Shown here: positions 8,878 through 19,188 of the stretch, piece after piece
Numbering within the stretch: position 1 is the stretch's first letter
How the letters are laid out: every line of letters begins with the position of its first letter
Source of the DNA: Spirochaetaceae bacterium
Lineage (GTDB): Bacteria; Spirochaetota; Spirochaetia; DSM-2461
DNA length: 64,000 bases
Reading direction: 5' to 3'
Assembly (NCBI GenBank): GCA_051531975.1
Contig: JAOPTT010000007.1
Span: 88,985 to 152,984, forward strand
Position numbers and translations under genes: made by a program
The notes under the pieces: model-generated
What the model saw: only the letters and a program-made list of their open reading frames with translations
The model's database searches: none
Told to the model about the DNA's origin: nothing

Positions 8878-9670
8878 TTTATCTATAAGAGTTCTAATGC
8901 TGGGTGACATTATTGGTCACCCGGGCATGAGGGCTCTTTTTTCGTCTCTAAAACGTCTAAAAAAAGATCTTAAAAGTGATTTCGTAGTTATTAATGGGGA
9001 GAATGCCGCCGACGGTTTTGGCCTTCTACCTAACCAGGTAGCTGAGATCTTTAATTATGGTGCCGATGTAATTACAAGTGGGAATCATATATGGCAAAAA
9101 GAAGATCTTATGCCACTACTTGATAGCCAAGATAAGCTTTTAAGGCCTTCAAACTATCCTAATGGTGTTCCGGGACATGGTGATTGTATTGTTGAATACA
9201 AAGGTGTAAAACTGGCTGTATTAAATCTACAAGGTCGAGTTAGAATGTCCGTTAATTGCGAATGTCCCTTTAAACAAGGCTTAAAAGATGTTAAAAGATT
9301 AAAATCTAAAACCAAAAATATTGTCATTGATTTTCATGCAGAAGATGTAACTGAAAAAGAGGCTTTAGCAGAATATTTTAATGGAAAGGTTAGTGCTGTT
9401 GTAGGAACTCATACCCATGTTCAAACTGCTGATGAGAGAATATTATCAGGTGGAACAGCTTATATTTCTGATTTAGGAATGACAGGTCCAACAAATGGTA
9501 TTATTGGTTCTGATCCTGAAGCTGCAATTAAGCGTGCATTTAATTCCATTCCATATAAAACTCATATTCTAGATGAAGATGCTGTAATAAATGGTGTATT
9601 AATTGTTATTGATACAAAAAGTGGAAAAGCAACCTCTATAGAAAGAGTTTCATACGAAACAGGCCAGTAG
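8867..9670 (+). CDS. ymdB: YmdB-family metallophosphoesterase
   Basis: GDIIG, NGEN, TSGNH, DFHAE, GTHTHVQTAD, DLGMTG; follows rny. Confidence 0.93.
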   Translation: MQDSLSIRVLMLGDIIGHPGMRALFSSLKRLKKDLKSDFVVINGENAADGFGLLPNQVAEIFNYGADVITSGNHIWQKEDLMPLLDSQDKLLRPSNYPNGVPGHGDCIVEYKGVKLAVLNLQGRVRMSVNCECPFKQGLKDVKRLKSKTKNIVIDFHAEDVTEKEALAEYFNGKVSAVVGTHTHVQTADERILSGGTAYISDLGMTGPTNGIIGSDPEAAIKRAFNSIPYKTHILDEDAVINGVLIVIDTKSGKATSIERVSYETGQ

Positions 9671-10441
9671 ATGGCTACTAAAAATCTCCTACACATATTA
9701 AAAGAACGATTCCCAGAATTAGAAGAGAAGAAACTTTTTGCCCATATAATGTGTGGTGAGGTTATCTGTAATGGTGGTCGAATAAAAAACCCTAAAGAAA
9801 AAGTTAAAACCGACAGTATTATCCAAATTGAGGGTATGAAGTATGTCTCTAGAGGTGGGTTTAAATTAGAAAGTGGACTTGATAGTTTTAACTACGATGT
9901 AGAAGGTAAAATATGTATTGACGCTGGTTGTTCTACTGGTGGCTTTACAGATTGTCTTTTACAACGTGGTGCAGTTAAGGTTTTTGCTATAGATGTTGGT
10001 AGTAATCAGCTAGCATGGTCTTTGGTCCATGATGATAGGGTAGTTCCTATGGAAAAAACAAATATTATGTCGATAGAAAAGTTAGAGCCAAAACCACATT
10101 TTGCTGTTGCCGACTTATCCTTTCGATCAGTTTTAAGTCCTGCTAAACTTCTGTTTAATCTAATTTCTGGAAACGAGATATTAGTATTAGTTAAACCTCA
10201 ATTTGAGTGGGAAGACCCAGATGATGACTTTGATGGTGTAGTTAGAGAGGGCGAAACTATTATCTCTATTTGTTTGAATCTAATAGATAAACTTAGAGAA
10301 GGTAATATTTATGTTAAAGATGTAACTCTATCTAAAACCAAAGGCAGAAAGGGCAACCAAGAACTTCTGTTTCTACTTACAACTGACAGCAAACATACTC
10401 TTAGTAATATAGAGGGATTCCTTACTAATCTAATGAGTTAA
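9671..10441 (+). CDS. tlyA: TlyA-family rRNA methyltransferase
   Basis: S4-like N-terminus, YVSRGGFKL, DAGCSTGGFTDCLLQRGA, DLSF, LVKPQFE, GNQE. Confidence 0.93.
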   Translation: MATKNLLHILKERFPELEEKKLFAHIMCGEVICNGGRIKNPKEKVKTDSIIQIEGMKYVSRGGFKLESGLDSFNYDVEGKICIDAGCSTGGFTDCLLQRGAVKVFAIDVGSNQLAWSLVHDDRVVPMEKTNIMSIEKLEPKPHFAVADLSFRSVLSPAKLLFNLISGNEILVLVKPQFEWEDPDDDFDGVVREGETIISICLNLIDKLREGNIYVKDVTLSKTKGRKGNQELLFLLTTDSKHTLSNIEGFLTNLMS

Positions 10442-10497
10442 AAAATATTAATGCAAACTGCATTACATATTTGCACTGTTTTATATATATTCATTGG

Positions 10498-11361
10498 ATG
10501 AAAGATAAAACTAAAGCTCTTATATATATATTAATTTCTACCCTAAGTTTTACGTTTATGAGTGCAACGATTAAATATATTCAGGATATACCTGTATTTG
10601 AAAAAGTTTTTTTTAGGAACTTAGTCAGCCTTTTTATTGCAGCTTATTTAATTGCAAAAAACAGACCAAAAAAAATTACAGATATATTGGGGAATAGACA
10701 AAATGTACCTTTTTTATTATCTAGATCAATTCTAGGTTTTTTAGGAGTCGTATTAAACTTTTACGCTGTTACTAATCTGCAATTAGCTGACTCACAAATA
10801 CTTAATAGAATATCCCCTATATGGGTTGCAATATTCGCGTTACTTTTTCTTAGAGAACACTTAAAAAGATCTCAAATTATATCAATAATAATAGCTTTAA
10901 TTGGTTCTCTATTAGTCATAAAACCTGAATTTAGTTTTGAAATGTTACCAGCAATTGCAGGATTTATATCTTCAATAACTGCTGGAGCAGCATACACAAT
11001 TGTTAGATATCTAAAAGATAAAGAAGAACCTAGAGTAATTATCTTCTATTTTTCACTTATTTCTTTATTACTATCTATACCATTAATGCTTAACAATTTT
11101 ATTATTCCTTCTAAAACTCAGTTAGGTTTATTACTATTAATTGGTCTCTTTGCGTCTGTTGGTCAATTTGGATTAACCCATGCGTACAGGTATGCTAAGG
11201 CTTCTAGAGTATCAATTTATACTTACTCTGGTATAATTTTTGCTTCCTTTTTAGGATTTCTAATATGGCAAGAGATACCAGACCCACTATCAATTATCGG
11301 AGGTCTATTAATTATATCCTCAGGTTATATTGTTTATAGATACAGCAGAAGAGAATCTTAA
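10498..11361 (+). CDS. DMT/EamA family transporter
   Basis: About 10 TMs in two EamA repeats; ATG 10498 preferred over TTG 10471. Confidence 0.88.
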   Translation: MKDKTKALIYILISTLSFTFMSATIKYIQDIPVFEKVFFRNLVSLFIAAYLIAKNRPKKITDILGNRQNVPFLLSRSILGFLGVVLNFYAVTNLQLADSQILNRISPIWVAIFALLFLREHLKRSQIISIIIALIGSLLVIKPEFSFEMLPAIAGFISSITAGAAYTIVRYLKDKEEPRVIIFYFSLISLLLSIPLMLNNFIIPSKTQLGLLLLIGLFASVGQFGLTHAYRYAKASRVSIYTYSGIIFASFLGFLIWQEIPDPLSIIGGLLIISSGYIVYRYSRRES

Positions 11362-11415
11362 TATACTAAAGAAAAGTAAAATTGATAGTTCTCTTTTTTA
11401 GTGTTATCATAACTT

Positions 11416-12534
11416 ATGAGATTTAAAATTATAAAGTGGATTATTTTTTCATCAGTTTTTTTATTCATAAATGCTTGCTCTAGTAATAGTGAAGCAAGTA
11501 GTTCTTACGCAAAATCTGCTATGTACGAAGAAGATATGGAACCAGAAATGGAAGTTTCAGATTCTATGGATGAGTACGCTGAAAATGATATAGTTGGTAG
11601 TAAAGGCTCTGAGGTTTCTGAAAGGAAAAGAATATATAATGGTGAAACTCGTCTAGTAGTCGAAAGTATTGAAGATTCAAAAAAAGAGATTGAGGAGCTA
11701 ACAATCTCTGTTGGTGGGTATATAACACAAATTTATGACAACTCTATCTCTATAAAAATTCCAGCAGCACAGTTCCATGAAATATTTGAAAATATACTTC
11801 TTATGGGGGATGTTGAATCTAAAAATATAACAACATACGATGTTACCGATTATTACAATGATAGTACTGCTCAGTTAGAAACAGCAAACAAGACTAGAGA
11901 GAGATTACAACTATTACTTCTAAAGAGTACCAAACCAGAAGAGAGAGCAAAAATATTAAAAGAGATTGGTCGTTTAACTGAGGAAATTGAGTTAATAAAA
12001 AATAGACTATTAACCTTAGATAATAATATCTCATTTTCAACAATAGTTGTAGAATTGATACCTAGATTAGAACAAAATATTATTGGATTAGATATCCCAT
12101 TCTCCTGGATAGAAGATTTACACCCATTATATTCTGTATCAAATAGAATTAAAGCTAAGTTAGATTTTAATCCTGGAACAGAGTATGCTGTTTTTAGTAA
12201 AGACAAAATATACCGAGCTGAGAGTTCTTTGGGGACTACAATAACAGTTTCTACTGTTAAAAACCAACCTTTAGGGGATAACAAGTTTTGGCATAGAGCT
12301 TTATTACATTTTATATCTAATTATTATAGCAGTGCAAAATCCATAGAGTCTTCAATTGGAGACCAAAAGATGTTAGGTATAGAATTTCTAAGTAAAGATA
12401 AAGAACCATTTAAATACTTTGTAGGTATTGTTGTTATTAAAAAAGAAATCCATGTTATTGAGATATTCTCACCAAAGGCAAATACTAGTTTTAGTCTGCT
12501 TTATATAAAGTTTGAAGAGGGGAAAATAAGATGA
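11416..12534 (+). CDS. DUF4349-like lipoprotein
   Basis: Lipobox INAC, RKRIY, GGYI, IKIPA, DVTDYY, coiled coil, FSTIVV. Confidence 0.7.
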   Translation: MRFKIIKWIIFSSVFLFINACSSNSEASSSYAKSAMYEEDMEPEMEVSDSMDEYAENDIVGSKGSEVSERKRIYNGETRLVVESIEDSKKEIEELTISVGGYITQIYDNSISIKIPAAQFHEIFENILLMGDVESKNITTYDVTDYYNDSTAQLETANKTRERLQLLLLKSTKPEERAKILKEIGRLTEEIELIKNRLLTLDNNISFSTIVVELIPRLEQNIIGLDIPFSWIEDLHPLYSVSNRIKAKLDFNPGTEYAVFSKDKIYRAESSLGTTITVSTVKNQPLGDNKFWHRALLHFISNYYSSAKSIESSIGDQKMLGIEFLSKDKEPFKYFVGIVVIKKEIHVIEIFSPKANTSFSLLYIKFEEGKIR

Positions 12535-13511
12535 AAAAAATAGTATCGGTTTTAATTCTATCTATTTTCTTTGTTGGTACCATATGGTGTAATCAAGGGC
12601 TTTCCCATAAAATTAATAGCCAGTTACTTGTTTTAGATAGTAATAAAGCTGGTGATTTAATTGTTGATTGGTGTGAGAACATTGGAGGTTATTATATACA
12701 AAGAACCCCAGATGTTATCTCTTTACGAATTCCAAACAAATCACTTCCAGATCTTAAACCTTTCTTAGAATCAATTTCTGAGGATATTGTTAGTTATACA
12801 CAAAACTCAAATAGTCTTACATCTTATATTGCAGAACTTAAATCAGGAATAAAAGCTAGGGAAGATATTTTAGTGCAAAATCTTTTTTATCTAGATACCT
12901 CAGATGTAGAAGGGACCCTAACATTAGAAAGAGAAATCAGAAGGCTTAGGTCAGAAGTTGATAGTTATAAAGGCTCACTAAGAAAACACTTAAATGATAT
13001 AGAGATGGCTACTGTTGTCATAAGTATAACGTTTAGAAGCAGAACTCTTAATAACCAGGAGTATTCTTCCTTTGACTGGGTTAATGAAATTGATTTTTAC
13101 TCTGTTATGAACAGTGATATGAAAAATAATAATAGAGGTTCTGGTGGAGCACATACAACACTGCCAACGGGATTTGCATTAGTAGATACAAGTCCAAGAC
13201 TTAAAGCTATCTCCTCAGAGGGAGGAAGGTTAATATTAGATTCATTTAAAAATTATCCTAAGCAAGAACTTAAGTTCTGGGAAGAGACTCTTTTTAATCA
13301 TTTAGAGAAAAAAGGATACCTTCGTATAGGAGTAGTAGGTACATATGAACCAGAAGGAGAGATTGCTTTTACAGCAGTTAAGTGGGGTGTTCCATATGGT
13401 AATGTTGACTATATTTTCATGACAGGAATTCGTCTTAATAAAAACAGAATAGAAGTATTACAGGTTGCAACAGAGACTAATTTCTTTGAAAGTTACATAT
13501 CTTTTAACTAG
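12531..13511 (+). CDS. DUF4349-like exported protein, paralogue of upstream gene
   Basis: Signal peptide, GGYY..LRIP, coiled coil, FDWV matching FSWI of neighbour; 4-bp overlap. Confidence 0.6.
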   Translation: MKKIVSVLILSIFFVGTIWCNQGLSHKINSQLLVLDSNKAGDLIVDWCENIGGYYIQRTPDVISLRIPNKSLPDLKPFLESISEDIVSYTQNSNSLTSYIAELKSGIKAREDILVQNLFYLDTSDVEGTLTLEREIRRLRSEVDSYKGSLRKHLNDIEMATVVISITFRSRTLNNQEYSSFDWVNEIDFYSVMNSDMKNNNRGSGGAHTTLPTGFALVDTSPRLKAISSEGGRLILDSFKNYPKQELKFWEETLFNHLEKKGYLRIGVVGTYEPEGEIAFTAVKWGVPYGNVDYIFMTGIRLNKNRIEVLQVATETNFFESYISFN

Positions 13512-13545
13512 TTTATTATCAAATATGAGTTAGTTTATGGAAATA

Positions 13546-13875
13546 TTATTCAACAAATAACATAAGGTTCTCATTCCAAAACATAGGATCTTTTATTTCA
13601 TCCTTAACAAAGCCTTCAAGTTTATTGAATAAAAATAGTAATTTTATATTACCAACATTTTCATCGTTTAGATGATATGTATATTCTAATCCTTCAACTA
13701 TAAGTCCATAAGAATACATCTCTGAAAGCTCATATGCTGAACATACCACATCAGGTATTCCCTCACCTAACATATACCAATATATAAACCGTGCATGTAA
13801 GTGCGTAGACACATCAAAAGCACCAATAAATCTTCTTATTTCATAACATAGTTCTGTAGTTTTATTATTATTCAT
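13546..13875 (-). CDS. Hypothetical protein
   Basis: 109-aa ORF with TAAGAT 6 nt upstream of ATG. Confidence 0.5.
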   Translation of the reverse strand: MNNNKTTELCYEIRRFIGAFDVSTHLHARFIYWYMLGEGIPDVVCSAYELSEMYSYGLIVEGLEYTYHLNDENVGNIKLLFLFNKLEGFVKDEIKDPMFWNENLMLFVE

Positions 13876-13943
13876 AAAGAGATCTTAGGATATGTGTGCG
13901 AAGGGTTGGTTCGGGGGAAAAATAATTTAAAACAGGTTTGTTT

Positions 13944-14042
13944 TATACCTTTACGGGTATACTATTGCTACTAAAGTAGAGTTTTATACCTTTACGGGTA
14001 TAATATGTCGATTCTCCCTTGTTTTATACCCGAAAGGGTATA
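13944..14042. promoter_or_regulatory. Three palindromic operators TATACC-N6-GGTATA
   Basis: Copies at 13944-13961, 13985-14002 and 14025-14042, upstream of the HipB-like gene. Confidence 0.85.
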
Positions 14043-14052
14043 TAGTGATGGT

Positions 14053-14271
14053 ATGAAGTTAGGTGAATTTGTTAAAGATAAACGTAAAGATACTGGTTTA
14101 ACTCAGGAAGATCTGTCGTATAAGGCAGGTGTTGGTTTGCGATTTATTAGAGAGTTAGAGTCAGATAAACCAACACAACAGATGGACAAAGTTAATATGG
14201 TATTAAACCTGTTTGGTTATGAACTAGGACCAGTTCCAATGGTAAGAGAGGAAAACAGTGAGGAAGGCTAA
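14053..14271 (+). CDS. HipB/y4mF-like XRE transcriptional regulator
   Basis: LTQEDLSYKAGVGLRFIRELE HTH; ATG 14053 preferred because the 14005 start runs through an operator. Confidence 0.9.
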   Translation: MKLGEFVKDKRKDTGLTQEDLSYKAGVGLRFIRELESDKPTQQMDKVNMVLNLFGYELGPVPMVREENSEEG

Positions 14272-14569
14272 TATTTATATGTATGATGAGTTAGCTGGAA
14301 TATTAACAGAAGATGATAACGGATATCATTTTTTATATTTAGACTCATATCTTTATAATGGAAGTTCTGAATCTATCAGCCTAACACTGCCCATAGCAAA
14401 AAAAAGTTTCAATAACAGTGTTTTGTTTCCATTTTTTGATGGATTAATACCAGAAGGTTGGCTATTAAACATTGCAGAAAAAAATTGGAAACTTAATCCA
14501 AGAGATAGAATGGGGATATTATTAGAAACATGTGGGGATTGTATAGGTGCAGTATCAATTAGAAAATAG
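14258..14569 (+). CDS. HipA N-terminal domain protein (HipS-like)
   Basis: ISLTLP, LFPFFDGLIPEGW, DCIGAV. Confidence 0.9.
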   Translation: MRKANIYMYDELAGILTEDDNGYHFLYLDSYLYNGSSESISLTLPIAKKSFNNSVLFPFFDGLIPEGWLLNIAEKNWKLNPRDRMGILLETCGDCIGAVSIRK

Positions 14570-15500
14570 ATGTTTATATTGTTACAATAATTTAGAAGAA
14601 GCTGAAAATCTATATCACAACAAGTGTGCAAAAAAGTTTTTTGGAACTATAACTCCACCTGAAATTGATTATTCAACAGAAGATCTTGCCGATTTAGCCG
14701 CACAGTTTTTAGAAAGTCGAACTACAGTTACTGGAGTACAGCCTAAATTGTCACTTGGAATTAAAAAGAGTGAAGTTACGAACAGCATAAGTAAATTTAC
14801 AATTATGGGGATTGCTGGAAACTATATCCTAAAACCACAATCAGAAGTTTATCCCGAATTACCTGAGTTAGAAGATTTAACTATGCATTTAGCAAAGATT
14901 AGTAAGATCGAAACTGTAAATCACGCACTTATACCATTAAAGTCTGGGGAACTAGCTTATATAACTAAAAGAGTTGATAGAGTAGAAAACAAAAAATTAC
15001 ATATGGAAGATATGTGTCAGTTAACAGAGCGACTTACAGAGCAAAAATATATGGGATCTTATGAGCAGATTTCAAAAATTATTAAAAAATATTCGGCTAA
15101 CCCTATTTTAGACATAGTTAACTTTTATGAAGTTGTACTGTTCTCTTTTTTGACAGGAAATAACGATATGCATCTGAAGAATTTTTCATTATTAAAAAAA
15201 ATAACATATTGCTTATGCCCTGCCTATGACCTTGTACCTTCAGAGTTGGTAGTAATTGGGGATGATGAAGAACTAGCTTTAAACTTAAATGGTAAAAAAA
15301 AGAGACTCAAAAAAGTTGATTTTGAAAAAGCTATGTTAGGTTCTGGTCTTCCAGAGAAGACTATAAATAATATGTTTCTTAGATTTAGAAAAGTAATTCC
15401 AAAGTGGATTCTGTTTATTGAAAAAAGTTTTTTGAGTGACGAGTTTAAAAAATCTTACATAGAACTAATTAATAATAAACTTAAGCAGATCGGTATTTAG
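14547..15500 (+). CDS. HipA-family kinase toxin (HipT-like)
   Basis: RCLYCY, TVTGVQPKL loop, YILKP, GNNDMHLKNFS, PAYD. Confidence 0.92.
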   Translation: MQYQLENRCLYCYNNLEEAENLYHNKCAKKFFGTITPPEIDYSTEDLADLAAQFLESRTTVTGVQPKLSLGIKKSEVTNSISKFTIMGIAGNYILKPQSEVYPELPELEDLTMHLAKISKIETVNHALIPLKSGELAYITKRVDRVENKKLHMEDMCQLTERLTEQKYMGSYEQISKIIKKYSANPILDIVNFYEVVLFSFLTGNNDMHLKNFSLLKKITYCLCPAYDLVPSELVVIGDDEELALNLNGKKKRLKKVDFEKAMLGSGLPEKTINNMFLRFRKVIPKWILFIEKSFLSDEFKKSYIELINNKLKQIGI

Positions 15501-15550
15501 TCATTGTTAATTTGCTTGACTGCTTCTAAATCTTTACCTATCATAACTCC

Positions 15551-16408
15551 ATGAAAAACTTATATTTAATATTAAAAGGCATGACTGTAGGAGTCGCAAA
15601 TGTAATCCCTGGAGTATCTGGTGGAACATTTGCATTTATATTTGGAATATACGATAAATTAACCGAGGCAATTGGTAACTTTTTTACAGATAAAGCTAGA
15701 CGAAAAGAGTACTTTTTCTTTCTACTCCAAGTAATTGGTGGTGCAATCTTAGGTATACTTCTATTTGCTAAGATATTAGGTTTCTTATTAGATTATAATC
15801 AGATTTCAAAACAGATAACATATGCATTCTTTATTGGGCTAATTGGTGGATCAATTCCGTTTATTATAAAATCTCACCATGATATGAAGATAAACTTAAA
15901 ACGAGTTCTGATTTTTATATTTGGAGTAGTTTTAATAGTTTTAACAATTGTTTTTAATCAGGATAAGGGTGGAACTGTTACAGATCATTCAAATCCACTA
16001 CGGTTATTATGGCTATTTTTATGTGGATTGTTCTCTGGTGGTTCTATGATTGTTCCTGGATTCTCTGGCTCAGCTCTTTTAGTATCTTTAGGTGAATATG
16101 AGACTGTTGTTACAGTTTATTTACGTGATATAAAAACATACATTGTACCTGTTATTGTTTTTTCACTTGGTGCTGCTAGTGGTATAGTCGTATTTGCTAA
16201 AGTTGTAGAAGTATGTTTTAAGAAGTTTAAATCTGGAACACTATTTTTTATATTGGGTCTGATTTTTGCATCATTATTACAACTAACATTAACAACTTCC
16301 TCAGGATTTGATACTTCTATTTTGGCTCTTCTTGGTGTTTTAGTTGCTCTAGGTGCTGGATATTTCTTAGCCTATCTAACAAGTAAGATAAAAAAAAGTA
16401 GTGTATAA
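15551..16408 (+). CDS. DUF368 membrane protein
   Basis: GVANVIPGVSGGTFA and SMIVPGFSGS repeats; multi-TM. Confidence 0.9.
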   Translation: MKNLYLILKGMTVGVANVIPGVSGGTFAFIFGIYDKLTEAIGNFFTDKARRKEYFFFLLQVIGGAILGILLFAKILGFLLDYNQISKQITYAFFIGLIGGSIPFIIKSHHDMKINLKRVLIFIFGVVLIVLTIVFNQDKGGTVTDHSNPLRLLWLFLCGLFSGGSMIVPGFSGSALLVSLGEYETVVTVYLRDIKTYIVPVIVFSLGAASGIVVFAKVVEVCFKKFKSGTLFFILGLIFASLLQLTLTTSSGFDTSILALLGVLVALGAGYFLAYLTSKIKKSSV

Positions 16409-17021
16409 AGATCTAAGTAGCTCATTAAAAACATTCTCTCCATCGGAATTAGAGACAGCACAGATTGTTAATAATTTCCTGAACCATAATTTTATACATA
16501 GTGGTGATAATTTACATGGAGAGGAATATGAGGCTTGGATATACGAATACCTTAAAAGTTGGGCAGTTCAAAATTCCGATGTTTCAAAGTTTTTAATTAA
16601 AGATGGATCAAAAAAAATAGTTTCTAATAAAGATGGTCTAAATTTTGATAAAAATGGTCAGATAGTCTATTTTAAAGCTGGAATTAAGGTTGCTGAATAC
16701 GACTGCCTCTTTGTTTATAAAGGTAAAATCATATTTGTTGAATGTTCAGTTAGCGATCTAAGAAGTTATTATAGAAGACTAGAAGATAAAATAATAGTTA
16801 AACGTAATTATCTAGTAGACCTATATAATACAGAAGAGGTTTATTATCTAGTTGTTACAAAACCTAAAAAAAGAAGTATTACATATAGGTCATTACCACA
16901 TTTAGTTCTTTATAAACTAAAAAACCCGGAATTCTCTACATTAAAAAAGACAGACCAGGTTTTTAATACTAAAAGTGAAAAGTTAGTAACTATTTCTTCT
17001 TTTTCTTCTTCTTCTTTTTAG
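16401..17021 (+). CDS. Hypothetical protein, weak PD-(D/E)XK-like pattern
   Basis: GEEYE...EYDCL...IFVECS; overlaps the upstream gene. Confidence 0.55.
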   Translation: MYKDLSSSLKTFSPSELETAQIVNNFLNHNFIHSGDNLHGEEYEAWIYEYLKSWAVQNSDVSKFLIKDGSKKIVSNKDGLNFDKNGQIVYFKAGIKVAEYDCLFVYKGKIIFVECSVSDLRSYYRRLEDKIIVKRNYLVDLYNTEEVYYLVVTKPKKRSITYRSLPHLVLYKLKNPEFSTLKKTDQVFNTKSEKLVTISSFSSSSF

Positions 17022-17349
17022 CAGCTTTAGGGTCAGCATCTCCTAACTTTCTAAATGTCCAAGCTGAAAACTTTAGTCTTAAAATAGTAAATGGATTTTT
17101 TGTATGTTTTCTCATTATATCTAAGTTTTTAAGATTCATCTTTAAAACAACACCCTGAACAATTTTAGGAAGTGCATTATACTCTTTTGAACCTGGAGCT
17201 TTCTGTGACTGTAAGAACTCAGCAAGTATCTTTTTATCTTTTCCTGAAAGTCTTTTAATTAGTTGTTTTATCATCTGTTCCTGAACTTTTTGTAGTTCAT
17301 TCATCATTACTTGTTGTTTAGCTGATAGGGGTTTTTGTTTTTTAGCCAT
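16990..17349 (-). CDS. Small basic hypothetical protein with poly-Lys tail
   Basis: AAGGA SD upstream of ATG; 119 aa. Confidence 0.6.
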   Translation of the reverse strand: MAKKQKPLSAKQQVMMNELQKVQEQMIKQLIKRLSGKDKKILAEFLQSQKAPGSKEYNALPKIVQGVVLKMNLKNLDIMRKHTKNPFTILRLKFSAWTFRKLGDADPKAAKKKKKKKKK

Positions 17350-17488
17350 GGGATTTCCTTATAATTGTCAATATTTGTAGGTGTAGAATAACATTCTTAG
17401 TTAATAAGTGGAATAGTTGAAATTGAATCTTTTTAAACAATAATATATTATCTTATTTAACTTATTAAAAGATACCTTGGAGGGTAAC

Positions 17489-17758
17489 ATGAATTCAGTT
17501 GTAACCGTTGTTGGAAAAGATAGTGTAGGAATTATATCTACAGTTAGTAATATCATGGCGGATCACAAGATTAATATCTTAGAAATTAGTCAAACTATAA
17601 TGGAAGGCTATTTTACAATGATCATGGTTGTAGACGTTTCGGTTTCTACGGAAGAGATAAAAGTAATTCGGGAATTATTAAACGAATCTGGAGAAACGCT
17701 TGGTGTTAGTATTACTATTCAGCACGAGCAAGTATTCCAAGCAATGCACAGGATTTAG
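17489..17758 (+). CDS. ACT domain protein (UPF0237)
   Basis: [44 protein letters not shown] before ATG 17489. Confidence 0.9.
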   Translation: MNSVVTVVGKDSVGIISTVSNIMADHKINILEISQTIMEGYFTMIMVVDVSVSTEEIKVIRELLNESGETLGVSITIQHEQVFQAMHRI

Positions 17759-17766
17759 GGGGATTT

Positions 17767-19128
17767 ATGTTATATACTCCATTTGAAATAACTGAAACAG
17801 TAAAAATGTTTACTGATCAGCACTTAGATATTAGAACAATTACTATGGGAATTTCACTATTAGACTGCATAAGTCACGATAGTAAAATTGCAAGAGATAG
17901 AGTCTACGATAAGATAATGAGAAAAGCTGGGAACTTAGTTTCTACTGCTGAAAAAATTGAAGCAGAATACGGTGTCCCAATAATTAATAAAAGAATCTCT
18001 GTAACTCCAATTGCTTTAATCGGTGGTGCTACAGATGATAAAGACTATGTTAATTTTGCTAGAACTTTAGATAGAGCTGCAAAAGAGACAGGAGTTGACT
18101 TCTTAGGTGGTTTTTCTGCTTTAGTTGATAAAGGTTTTACAAAAGGGGACAGAATATTACTAGATTCTATTCCTGAAGCATTAGCTGCAACTGAGAGAGT
18201 TTGTGCGTCTGTTAATTTAGGTTCTACTAGATACGGTATAAATATGGATGCTGTTAAGGATATGGGACACATTATTAAAAAGACTGCAGAGTTAACTAAA
18301 GATGCTGATGGTATTGGTTGTGCAAAACTTGTTGTTTTTTGTAACGCCCCTGGGGATAACCCATTTATGGCTGGTGCATTCCATGGTGTTAACGAAGGTG
18401 ATGCTGTTGTAAGTGTTGGTGTTAGTGGACCTGGTGTTGTTAAGTGTGCCCTAGAAGGTTCTAAAGGCGAAGCTTTCGATGTTATAGCTGATAAAATTAA
18501 GAAGACTTCATTTAAAATAACTAGACTTGGACATATGGTTGCAACTGTTGCAGCTGAGAGATTAGGTGTTCCATTTGGTATACTAGACCTATCATTAGCT
18601 CCAACTCCTGCAGTTGGGGACAGTATTGCAAGAATTTTCCAAGAGATGGGACTTGAATATACTGGTTGTCATGGTACTACTGCAGCACTTTGTATGTTAA
18701 ACGACGCTGTTAAAAAAGGTGGAATTATGGCTTCTACTCATGTTGGAGGTCTATCTGGAGCTTTTATCCCAGTAACTGAAGATGAGGGTATGGTTGAAGC
18801 GTTAAATGTTGGTGCCTTAACTCTTGATAAGTTAGAAGCGATGACATGTGTTTGTTCTGTTGGTTTAGATATGGTTCCAGTTCCTGGAGATACTCCAGCT
18901 GAAACCCTTTCTGGAATGATTGCTGACGAAGCAGCTATTGGTATGGCTAATAGTAAAACAACTGCTGTTAGAGTAATTCCAGTACCTGGGAAAACAGTAG
19001 GAGAGTGGGCAGAGTTTGGTGGTCTATTAGGTGGTTCACCTATAATGGCTGTTAACAAATTCTCATCTGCTGATTTTATTAACAGAGGTGGAAGAATACC
19101 TGCACCTGTTCATAGTTTTAAGAACTAG
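17767..19128 (+). CDS. UPF0210/DUF711 family protein
   Basis: [38 protein letters not shown]; usual partner of UPF0237. Confidence 0.93.
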   Translation: MLYTPFEITETVKMFTDQHLDIRTITMGISLLDCISHDSKIARDRVYDKIMRKAGNLVSTAEKIEAEYGVPIINKRISVTPIALIGGATDDKDYVNFARTLDRAAKETGVDFLGGFSALVDKGFTKGDRILLDSIPEALAATERVCASVNLGSTRYGINMDAVKDMGHIIKKTAELTKDADGIGCAKLVVFCNAPGDNPFMAGAFHGVNEGDAVVSVGVSGPGVVKCALEGSKGEAFDVIADKIKKTSFKITRLGHMVATVAAERLGVPFGILDLSLAPTPAVGDSIARIFQEMGLEYTGCHGTTAALCMLNDAVKKGGIMASTHVGGLSGAFIPVTEDEGMVEALNVGALTLDKLEAMTCVCSVGLDMVPVPGDTPAETLSGMIADEAAIGMANSKTTAVRVIPVPGKTVGEWAEFGGLLGGSPIMAVNKFSSADFINRGGRIPAPVHSFKN

Positions 19129-19141
19129 AATAAAAATATTA

Positions 19142-19170
19142 AACTGCAGTTATTATTTATAGCTGCAGTT
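19142..19170. terminator. Hairpin after the UPF0210 gene
   Basis: aactgcagttat / atagctgcagtt inverted repeat. Confidence 0.5.
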
Positions 19171-19188
19171 AATTAAAAGGAATACAAA

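Noticed and set aside
13940..14044. Three ~22-bp repeats at 40-bp period as a mini CRISPR array
   Set aside because: Spacers are only ~18-19 bp, there are no cas genes, and the palindromes overlap a TA promoter; better explained as operators.
17767..19128. Second glycyl-radical enzyme ('PFL family' label of DUF711)
   Set aside because: No RVxG glycyl loop and no adjacent activase; standard UPF0210 with its ACT partner.
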